In this document: positions 40,401 through 52,648 of the stretch, one piece after another
Numbering within the stretch: position 1 is the first letter of the stretch
Layout: the number at the start of each line of letters is the position of its first letter
Origin: Lingula anatina
Taxonomy: Eukaryota > Animalia > Brachiopoda
Assembly: GCA_051362555.1 (NCBI GenBank)
Contig: CM120642.1
Span: 20,274,001 to 20,338,000, forward strand
Direction: 5' to 3'
DNA length: 64,000 nt
Translations under genes and position numbers: made by a program
Notes under the pieces: model-generated
Database searches by the model: none
What the model was told of the DNA's origin: nothing
What the model saw: the letters and a program-made list of their open reading frames with translations, nothing else

Positions 40401-43400
40401 AATTTATTTTTGGGAATACAGATGGTGGCCACAACTATCCATTTTGCTGTTTAGCAGTTTATAATGTCCCACATCATTAAGTCATCATTAATTTTATTGC
40501 TGCTGATTTGCAGAATATTGCAGCAAATTGGAAAGAAGGAATTGCAATTTGCAGAAGATTTGCAGCAATAAAGCAGTAAATTTGCAACTGACCTGATATT
40601 TTGGTAAGGGTAAAGCTCATAAGGTATAGAAATGAAAAGCATCCTCAGTTGGGAGGAGAAACCTAAGATCTGCTTTGCAAGAAGCAAATATGCAGGGCCT
40701 TTGGTCATATCTTAAGACCCAAAAATCCATATAGCTGTACAAAAATCATGCGCTCCTCTTCCATAATACCATGTAACTGTAAGGTGGTGACATTCTCCTC
40801 CATGCTGGAAAAGATTACAAAATGCCAAGCATTTGCACTTCCCATGCTTATAAGGAGAGTTAAAGAAACTACGCCCGGTAAGCTCATAAACCGTACTCAA
40901 ACCACATCCATGTGGACCATAAGTGCTTTATGTAATATGTAAGACAAAGATCAATGTATGAATTGGAAGAAACCTTCCAATTTTCGCAACCTGCAGTGAC
41001 CTATGTGTATGGCTAGGTTCTGAGGAATATACCCATGACCTCTTTACCAATATGCTTAATGAAATACCCAAGTACTAAATGCTCCAATTCTCCAATCCAC
41101 TGTAACACCATGTTTCCTCAGGAGGAATCTTAGACGCGTCGGATCCTTTAGTTTCCACTCTCCTTTGGGAAAAGAAAATCTGATCACCAAGCACAAAAAG
41201 GTTTTTCACCCATTGGGCAATGAACTGAAGGAACCATAACATAAGGTTTTCGATAAGCATTATTTTGACGTGGGTCTTGTCCCTGTATCTACTATGCTGA
41301 TTTGAGCTGGTGAAACCTGTGGAAAATATTGTATCCTTCCAAGGCAGCAGGGTGGTGGAGGATTCATAATGTTAAGAGATGGATACACCCATGACCACAG
41401 ATTGTCCTTGGTTCTTATTCCATGACCCTTTAACAGTGCCAGAAACAGGGAAGAAGTATTGATCAATGTAGTGTCCCTACATATTCAGGTGCACATCGAA
41501 TAGCAACTCATTTTTATGGACAAAAAAGGCATGCCCCCGCAGAGAAATTCAAAACTGCTTATAAGGTGGTTAGTTTGGTATGGCCAGCAGCTTCTCAAAG
41601 TCTTATTCCAAAAGATAACTATCAGGACAGCATCCAGAGGTATAGAAACATGTTACAGTTGGAGAGAGCTTGTCAGGAATGATGGATGAGCAGAGATGTT
41701 ATGAAAAATGAATATATGCCTGTTGTGTGAAGGATAATTACCACATATTTTGAAATCTGTTTGTAATCCTGTTTTACCTCTGAAATCAAGTTTTAAAGGT
41801 CCACATCATCTAAATAAACCCAACTTAATATTAATTGTTAAGTTAAAAGTAATGCTGCATGGCAACATTAAAGTAACATACATGCCTGTCATGTCCAGTG
41901 TTAAGATAAAAAATATATTTTATGAAGTCTCATGATGTAACCTGATGTGGTCCAACAGCTTTGGAGTTTTGTGTCGGCCTCTTTGTATTATGCTCATGTG
42001 AAAAATTTAACTATACAATTATAGGAAATTAATGTTTAGATCTACATAAGATAAGAAATTGGTATATAAGCAATATGAATTTATATCTTTGGGAGAGAAA
42101 AGAAGAAGAGGAGAGGAGATTGGGAAAAACGGAGCAGACGTGTTTTCAAGAAGTTAGGATTTGGAGACTTAGAAACATCAACGAATAAATCCTTTAACTG
42201 GTCATTATGTGGACTTGGGTTCTCTTTGTGCGACCTTATGTAAATCTGGCATGAAGTGTAGAATCTTTAGATTGCATTATCCACTAAGTTAGTCGAAATC
42301 GTCCTATTTCAAGCCCACACTTGAATTAAGCATCCTACATTTTTATGACATTCAATCCATATATAAAGAAAAGTTCATTACATGACATCTGGGATGACAA
42401 GTCTTTGATGTCATCTATAAAATCTATATCAGTGCCACCTGAAAAATATACATTAAATAACAGATTTCAACTATCAGTAAAGTACACATGGTACCATTGA
42501 TTTGTAATGGTAAGGGGTATATGGCAGCCAAATTGGATTTTTCTCTAATGAAAAAGGCTTAATCATATTCTTTACAAATATTAAAATGTAGGAGATATTT
42601 AGGAGAATTTATATTTCTTAAAATATTGCTTTTACCATGTTTGAAATAATTTCTAGATTATAGAACATGTGCCTCAGTTGCGAAAATGGTAAAATAAAGG
42701 CAGCCATCTTGGATAAATAAGCCATTTTGAAAAAGGATATGGTCTCAGCTTTACATTCAAAAATAAGCAATTGTCCTTTACCAATAAATTGCAAAGGAAA
42801 CATGGAATATACTTCATTGAAGAAGATATTTGATCTTGCAAATAAGGTGCATGCTGTGCGCACCTTTGGGCCATAACGGTCGACATGCATGGTGGCCATG
42901 TTGGATTTTTTTCTAACTATAAAGATTAATACTGTACAGAGAGAGGAAATACAGGTCATACTGTACATAACTTATATTTGATGGTGTGTTGCTTCTATCA
43001 AGATTGAAAGTAATTCTAGATTAAATAAAACATGACCTAACTGCAAAAATTGCCAAATTTTTGGCCGCCATCTTGAATAAAGCAGCCATCTTGGGTCAAG
43101 ACACCATCTCAAATTTACCTTGAAATATTTAAAGCAATTGTTCTATACCTGCATATTGTAAAATAAAAATAAAATATACTTCATTTAATAAGGTATTTCA
43201 ACTTTCAAAAAGATATACATTGTGCTTTTGACTCATTATGGTGAGGGGTGTGTGGCGGCCATATTGGATTTTTCTCTTAATCAAAAAGCCTACATAGTGC
43301 ATGCAGACAACAGAAATGTGTGAAATATTATAAATAAAAATATGTTATGACAGTTATTTCTAATATCACTCTTAAAAGAAATTTAAAATTGAAGAAAACA

Positions 43401-46400
43401 TGACTTAATTGCAAAAAATAGTGAAATATTGTCCGCCATCTTGGATGATGCGGCCATTTTGAACCCAGTTGTCAAATTATTGTTACAGATAACCAGGAAG
43501 TGCATATTTCCACAATATATACACAATAAAAGTAATGTAGACTTCAGCAAAAAAAAATATTAATCACTTTTCATAATTGATGCTTATTCTGTGTATTCAC
43601 CATGGCTGGCGGCCATCTTGGATTTTTCTCTTATCCATCAAGCCATCATTCTGTAAACAGATACTTGAAATGCAGGAAATGATGTAGACAACCTATATTT
43701 GATAACAGTTTGCTTTAATAATAATTGAATATAATACAAAATGAAAGCAAACATTATTTAATTGCAAAAAATGGTGAAAAATTGGCCGCCACCTTGGATA
43801 AAGCGGCCATTTTGAGTCCAATTGACTAAATCTAGCTTTTGATCACCAGAGAGTACATATTTCCACAATATATGGACAACACAAACATCTAAACCTAAAG
43901 AAACTGAAAATATCAACCATTTTTCATAATTGATGCTTGTTCTCTGTATTCACCATTGCTGGCGGCCATCTTGGATTTTTGGGCACTTTCGCAATTGAGC
44001 CCATTTGTCCAATAAGCAGATTCATAAACCCCAGGTATCATGCTCTCCAACGATATGTTCGAAAATTTTATATCATTAAATTTTTTTTACTACCCTTTTT
44101 TGGAGGCTTTTGGAGTTTGGCTCCCCTACTATATTATTTCATGTGAAAATCCTTTTCAGCTCTGTGAAGAAATTCTCCTTGCTGCAGGAATTCTGCACTT
44201 TGAGCATCCAGCTGGATAGATTTTCGAGATTCCTGGGAGCTCAAAAGGACATAGTGAAGCATGTCTGCCTGGATGAAAAGGTAAGGCCAGACAAATTTTG
44301 TAGATTGGTTGGGTACAACCTACCCTAATTTTGAGGAAATCAGTTATTGCACCTATTTTTATGTATAAAAAAAAAATTCACGGGGTATTGATGTGGTAAG
44401 AGGAAGAAATTTACAATTTACAACTCAAAAAATATCCACGCTATGGGTTTGACATTTCCCCTTGAAATGAATATTCACCACCCTTAAAATAAAAGAAAAA
44501 CACTGGCCAGCCCTGAAATTAAATTGATATGTTCGTTAAACTTCATGATGTTTTGAAAAAACAAAAGCAAAGTTTAACCTAAATTTCCTCTGTCTGCCCC
44601 GTTTACTGAGAGTTGTCACGCGAGAACCAGTGGATCAATTTTGTCAAAACTAATGATGAACAATGTCCATTATAAAAAGCTATGTAAGATATTAATTTTA
44701 AGAAGTTAATTTTAATGTTAAAATTTAAATGTTAACTAATAAGAAGTAAAATGTATTATTTTTCTATTTCAAGGATCTCTCAGAAAAAGTTATGTAAGAA
44801 GTTAATTCTAAGACTTTAATTTTAATGTTAAAATGTAAATGTTAACTTAAGAATTAAAATATATTATTTTTCTATTGCAAGGGTCTCCCAGAAATGTTCA
44901 ATGGTCTTCTAATATGTCAGAAGATCAAGGATTTTGTTAGTCCCTGGCAGACAGACAGCAAGGAGCAGAAAATAGTCCAGAGGTACGCTGGAGTGAACGC
45001 AGGGGGGATTGCAGATGACAGTTGGAAAAACATCCATGGGATCCATCACAAGGTCCTGAAAGATTTACATTCTCAGGTAAAAAGGCTTTATAAGTTTTCT
45101 TTTAATTGCAAATCTTTGCATACTTTAGGGTTTTTCTTTTTGCTGACAAATACATGACTGATTGTAGTATAATATATATTGAAGAATCTATTTTCTTTAT
45201 CATATTTACTTTCAGTAAAGTTTATTTAATTAAAAAAACTTAATGTCAGAATTGAAGAAGAATGATTGTTAAGTGTCAAAATTTTAAAGGTTGAATAATT
45301 ATATAATATTGATTTTACTTTATCTTATTTTATGGCAGAATATATCATCATCATTCTGCAGTAATTGTTTAAATTTTTTATAAAAAATTAAACAATGAAC
45401 TAGAAAAATGTTAGAGTCTTTTAGTCAAGAAGTGTATAGATGGTTTCAGGTTATTTATTGCCAGTATATTGATATATATACACGTCTCAGATTGTGCTAC
45501 TGAATGAATTATGACAAAACATTAAATTTCCATCTCAGTTGTATCCAGAAACAATCTTTTTAATTCTGTCCCAATTTATTGTATTCATGAATTTATTTGT
45601 GACAGTACATAAATAAAAAAAAAACATTTATTTTGGGCATGAACTTTTTAATGATGTAATGACTTTTAACTGATCACTGTATTTTAATATTAAGATTAAA
45701 ATCTCTTGTTTTAGGGTATTATTCTGTACCTGAGTCAGCTTCCAGAGCCGATAGTGATCTTGAACATAGAGGTGTTTGCAGCAGTGATGAACAAGGCACT
45801 CAACTGTAGCACTCCTGTTCCCATGTCAACCCCTGTGCTATATCTGCCAGATGGGCAGAAGGTTTATACCTGGCAAAATTTGAAGGAGGCAGTTACCAGT
45901 ATTGATTCTGCAATTGATGATAAAAACTTCCAGGTAACCATATATATATAAGTATTCTTTTAACCAAGCTGTTTTTGTAAAGTATATACTGTGCATGTTG
46001 TACAGTTCTGGCTTAGTTAAGTTAACATTAGATATTGGACGGAAAAAATTATAGAGATCATTATTAACATATATATCCCTTTGAGTTTGTAAGTGCTGAT
46101 CTCTTCTATGAATTTTCACTGTCATAAAACAATGTTAATATATGTTATCTACAGACACTGTGATTGAAATTGTGTTATTTTGCTACTTTCAGATACTGTA
46201 CAAGATGATTAATGACCTGGGGATTCTCCAAGAGGCGAAAAGTTTCCGCACCAGCCTCACCCCAGAAGATTGGACATATCTTTTCTTCAATTGTCGGACT
46301 GTCCAACAGCCCAGCATTCCACTGGTCAGTCAGAAATATTACATATTACGTAATTAAGTAAATGTAGATTGTCAAAAATTACTGTTAGAGGCAAAGTATA

Positions 46401-46669
46401 GGCAAATTATTATTCAAAAATACTTTCTTTGAAGTTGATAATTGCAGGTAATGGATTTTAAAATTAACAATTCTTGTTCATCTAAATTTTAGCACTTTGT
46501 TCTTAACAATATGATGGCTGGTTCAAACAGTAAGCCAAGGGGTTATTCTGTTTAGTCTTTCGTTCCTCATCATATTCATTAGTGGCTACAGAGATCTTAT
46601 TTTGGGATGTGTGTGCAATTAATGATAATAATAATAATAATGATAATAATAATAATAATAATAATAATA

Positions 46670-46708
<39 letters not shown>

Positions 46709-49700
46709 ACATGAATTCTACTGCTCAGATGAGTGATAAATATTATTGTTATCTAGAATTAATGTAGAATTTTATGCTCCTTTATATTTCAGGAAGATTT
46801 CAATTGTCCTCCCAATGCACCAGTCATCAAGAAGACACAAACCTATACATACCCTGCCGGGTTCCACAGGGATCTTTTGCCGGCCATTTTTGCAGCTTGT
46901 GAACAGTTTGTTTCACCTGAAATTGTTTGGGCACAAGGATTTCTGTGTCGGCATGATGGAATCGAAGTCATGGTCAATGAAACTATTACTGGTGCGGTAA
47001 TTTCCTAAGTAATACAAAAAAAAAGTATTAATCATATTTTTTTGACAGCATAGTTCTTTTGGATAAAACTCAAATGACGAAGTGCTTGTTGAATGGGTTT
47101 ATTCAAGAAAGTTGCCCGCTGAAAGTTGGGTTTTATAAGTTAAAAAATTGATTTGAAATAGCAAAAATTTATATTAAAAAAATCTGAAATAGAGACAATT
47201 AATAATTTTGAGTTTTGTTACGTACCAATGTATGTTCATGGGATAAAGATCTTACATTTCTGTTACTTAGTTATAGTTACTGTAATAAATAATGTTTTTT
47301 TTTGTGAATTTTTATTATTTTTTTTTCATAGGTATGGGCACAGGTATGATTACCCTCTCTGGGCAAAGCTACAGACCAGAGGATGAAAGGGCAAAGGCTG
47401 AGATGGAAAGGAGCATCTTGTTAGAGATGTATATCTATGGCATGGTCATTGACTCAGTGCTGGGAGAGACGCAGACTCTAGCTTTTCGACAAGGTGGGTG
47501 GTTTACTTAGTAGACCCTCTTTCAGACATCTGATATTAGCAGTCTTTACTGTTTCAGTTTCAGTTGTTTCATTAGTCAAGAGGGATTTGGAAACTGCTAA
47601 TCTGGAGTTGAAATCTATTGATAATGGGGATAATTATCTGATTCAGAAACCAATCTTTAGCTGCCAGTAATCACACAGTCAAGTAACTAATAATAAAATT
47701 ATCTTAGTTTTTATACCAGTTTGACATGATACATATCTAATAGTACCAGTCAGTTGCCATGAAAAAGTGACCTATTTTATGAAGATTGTTGGTTCTTCTG
47801 CTAAGTAATTTTTTATGTACAGACACAGATGTGTCTGTACATATAGCCATCATCTGCGTCTGTCGTCGCCGTCGCCGTCGTTGCCGTCGCCGTGCACTTT
47901 TACCGATAACACGATAAGTGGAAAACCATTTTGCCTTTTGATTTGAAACTTGCAGAACTGATGAATATTCATAATACGCAGGTCAAGTTCGAAAATCAGC
48001 ATGATCGGGTCACTCTTAGGGAATTTATGCTGTTTTTATGTACAGACACAGATGTGTCTGTACATATAGCCATCATCTGCGTCTGTCGTCGATGTCCCGT
48101 CGTCGCCGTCGCCGTGCACTTTTACTGATAACACGATAAGTGGAAAACTGTTTTTTCTTTTGGCTTGAAACTTACAGAACTGATGAATATTTGTATTACG
48201 CAGGTCAAGTTCGAAAATCAGCATGATCGGGTCACTTATAGGGAATTTATGCTGTTTTTTCACTTTTTTCAGCATATATGCAGCACTGATAACATGATAA
48301 GTGGAAAACCATTTTACCTTTTCCCTTGAAACTTACAAAACTGATGAATATTCATAATACACAGGTCAAGTTTGAAAATCAGCATGATCGGGTCATATTT
48401 AGGGAAGTTATGCTGTTTTTCACTTTTTTCACCATATATGCAACACTGATAACATGATAACTGAAAAATCATTTTACCTTTTGACTTGAAACTTACAGAA
48501 CTGATGAATATTCATAATACGCAGGTCAAGTTCGAAAATCAGCATGATCGGGTCATTTTTAGGGAAGTTATGCTGTTTTTCACTTTTTTAACCATATATG
48601 CAACACTGATAACATGATAAGTGAAAAATCATTTTACCTTTTGGTTTCAAACCTACAGAACTGATGAATATTCATAATACGCAGGTCAAGTTTGAAAATC
48701 AGTATGATTGGGTCATTTTTATGTACAGACACAGATGTGTATATATAGCCATCATCTGCGTCTGTCGTCGTCGCCGTCGTGCACTTTCACCGATAACACG
48801 ATAAGTGAAGAACCGTTTTATCTTTTGGCTTGAAACCTGCAGAACTGATGAATATTCATAATACGCAGGTCGAGTTCGAAAATCAGCATGATCGGGTGAC
48901 TTGTAGGGAAGTTATGCTGTTTTTTCACTTTTTTCAGCACATATGCAGCACCGATAACACGATAAGTGGAAAACCATTTTACTTTTTGGCTTGAAACTTA
49001 CAAAACTGATGAATATTCACAATCCGCAGGTCAAGTTCGAAAATCAGCATGATTGGGCCATTTTGAGGGGAGTTATGCTGTTTTTTCACTTTTTTCAACA
49101 TATATGCAACACTGATAACACAATATAAGAAAAACAGATCGACCAATTGTCATTATATTCACAGGAGTGGTCAATCTTACTAAAACGCAGGTTGAGTTCG
49201 AAAATCAGCATAATTGGGCCATTATTTCAAAAGTTGTGCTGTTTTTTCACATTTCCTCTTGATTCAATTCTTAGGCATGTTAACAGTCTCATTATTTAAC
49301 TAATAAGATACGTAAAAGTATTTGTTTGATATTTCCTGCATCTTTACAACATTGTTAGTTGATTATGTAAAAATGATGGTAAACTTGTTATTGTGTATCG
49401 TGTAATAAAGTGTCAAAAATGGAAATAAACTCATATCATTGCAGTTTGTTAGATTCAATCATCCACTATGTTCAGAATCTCAGAATGGAGGGAATTGGAC
49501 ATTTAACACTGTTCTATTGATATTTTTCCCATCTCATCAATTTTCTTAGTTGGTCATATAAAAATGTAAGCAAATTGTTTATTTTATGTTAAAAAAGTGT
49601 TAAAAATGGAAATAAACCCATTTGAGAACAGTGCTGTCTTGTTTACATTTTGGCATTTTTAAGATGTGATTTTGAAGTTCCATGAGCCTGCAGACCTTCG

Positions 49701-52592
49701 CTAGTCACATTTTCAGAATATCCATGATACTAATATTTAAGTACCAGTCTCTGTAAGGTTCAGAATAGGGTGGCACATGACCATCTCAGATTTTGATGAA
49801 AATTGGTGTATTTGTTCATTATAGCCCCAAACCAACATAATGGATATTGGTTTGTTTGAATCACCCTCGGTTGCCATGGTAACAGCACTTAAAAATTTTC
49901 ACCCAAGATGGCGGAATCCAGATTGCAAAATTTCAATTTCAGCTATATTTGAGCTAAAAAAAAACATAAATGTGGATAAATAAACATTTTTCATTTTCAG
50001 ACATTGTTAAATATCATATCCAATTTGAACTAAAAACATATAAATAAATGTTTTTGGTGGCCTTTAAAAATTAGAAAAATAACTTTGAAAATGGGGAATT
50101 TTCAAAAATTCAAATTTTTGCTAAAATGCCCAAATTTGCAAATTTCAAATACATTTTTCATAGACTGGCCAAAGCCATCTATTATCACCATACATTACAT
50201 AAGAAAGTACATGTACTGTCCTTTTATAATCAAAAATAAAATTTTTTTCAAACACATTTTTCAAAAAATTATTCAATTTTTAAAATTCTTAATCCAAGAT
50301 GGCGGCAACCAAATTGCACATTTTACATATTTGTGTATATTAAAAATACCAAACATGGTTAAACACATATTTTATATTTGTATGTTGCTAAATCCCAAAT
50401 CTTGATTAAGTGAAAAACATAAAAAATATTGTTTTTTGCTGGCCTTTAAAAATTAAAAAAATAACTTTGAAAATGGGGAATTTTCAAAAATTCAAAATTT
50501 TGCTAAAATGCCCAAATTTGCCATTTTCAAATACACTTTTCATAGACTGGCCAAAGCCACCTATTATTGACATACATTACATAAGGAAGTACATATACTG
50601 AACTGTTTTAATCAAAAATAAAATTTTTTTCAAACACATTTTTCAAAAAATTATTCAAATTTTAAAATTCTTAATCCAAGATGGCGGCAGTCAAATGGCA
50701 AAATGTCCCTATTTCTGCTTTAAACTAAACAAGCATGGATAAAACACACATTTCATTTTAGCATCCTGCTAAATATTATATCTTGATTTAGTCAAATGCA
50801 TATTACTTAATATTTTAAACAGTCCTAAAAATTGAGAAAAACAACTCTAAAAATGGCAGATTTCCAAATTTCAAATTTTAGCTAAAATGCCCAAATTTTG
50901 CCATTTTTAAATACATTTTCCATAGACTGGCCAAAGCCACCTAATATTGTCATACATTATAAGTAAATGTTTTGAGTTAATATTATAAAAAAAAATCTTT
51001 TTTCAAACATTAAAAAAAAAAAATTGCAAATTTTTAAATTCACAATTCAAGATGGCGTCAACCAAATTATCCATTTTTCGCTATTTCTGCTTTAAAAATG
51101 GATTAAAATACAAATTTTGTACTTGTGTCCTGCTAAATAACTTGATTTAGTCAAAAGCACACAGGTAAATATTTTTGTGATCTTTAAAAAAAACTTTAAA
51201 ATGATGAATTTTCACAATGGGACTATGGGTGTTAATCTTTCAAGGTCATACAATAACAGCAATGTGGTGGTATTCTTTTGGTTGACATCTAATAGTTGAG
51301 AAATATCTCCTACCAGTCTCAGCTTCAGTTTCAATCTCTTGTGGACTTTCTACCACTGTCCAGGAAAAAAATTCCCTTATTCATAAACTACTATCTATAA
51401 TGTGCGTGGATTTAGCAGTGCCTACCCCAGATTAGTTAACATTTTTATTTGATTCTTTTAATTGTATATGAATATATTTTAAACAAGTCACAGTGAAATA
51501 AAACATGTATTTAGTCTTTCTTATTTGAAAGAAAATGAGGCATCTTCTCTGCATAGTAGTAAATTATATGAATATTTATTATGGTGTTCAGCATTTTTGT
51601 CACAAACTTAAAATACCAATATATATTTTCCCTCATGCTCCTTGCCCTAAGATGTTCATAATTTATTAATTTTGCTAATTTCCTTTTGGTATACAACTTA
51701 TTTGTAAGAATATTTGTTGTAGGTTAAGTCCATTGGTAACCAGCTACACTGTTAGAAGTTGAGATATCAAAGCAAAGCAGTTATCAATGTTAAGGGTGCC
51801 TCAACATGATAGTATTTGATGCATTTTTTCCCGAGAATCATGCATGATCATACATTTTGACGAGTCCAACATCTGCCTCAACACTGAGGACTAATTTGGC
51901 ATGTTACAATCAGGTAGAAAGTATCATTATGATAATTTCCCCTATTTAAGTTACTATTTACAATTTTTAATGTAAAGAGTAAAGTTAGGTCACCTGCTAG
52001 TTTTCAGTAAAGAAATATGAGAAAAATTTATGGATAACACAGACTTTATGATATCAAAACTGTGGGAGCATTATACTAAGCAGGACTTGATGAGGTGAGT
52101 CTTTAATACAAATAGCATGATTATCAAGGCTTATAAAGTAATGCTAACTTGTTTTCTCATTTAGTATTTTTTGTGACTGAAAATCTAATGTACTGCTATA
52201 TCTTTCCGAGAAAAACTGAGCTGCAAGACTGGTTTGTCAAATAAAGTGTAATAGTACACACCATATCACTCCCATTCTGAAAGGATAAAACTGGCTGCTT
52301 GTATTTGTATTATTTTTAAGGCTATACATACACAAGGACCATTATATTTATCTGATCCTATCTGTTTTAACTCACCATGGCGGTCCACACATTTTAATAC
52401 TGAGAATGACCTTATTTTAGAACAGTCTATTTTAGAGAAGGGGTACCTCAAAAGTTATGGAGATTGGGCTTTTATAATCTATGCCCCCAAATTATGGAAC
52501 GCCTTACCAAATTTTATAAGAAAAGCAGACGACTTTTACAGTTTTAAATCCCTTCTTAAAACTCACATGTTTAAATCTGTCTATATCTCTTA

Positions 52593-52648
<56 letters not shown>

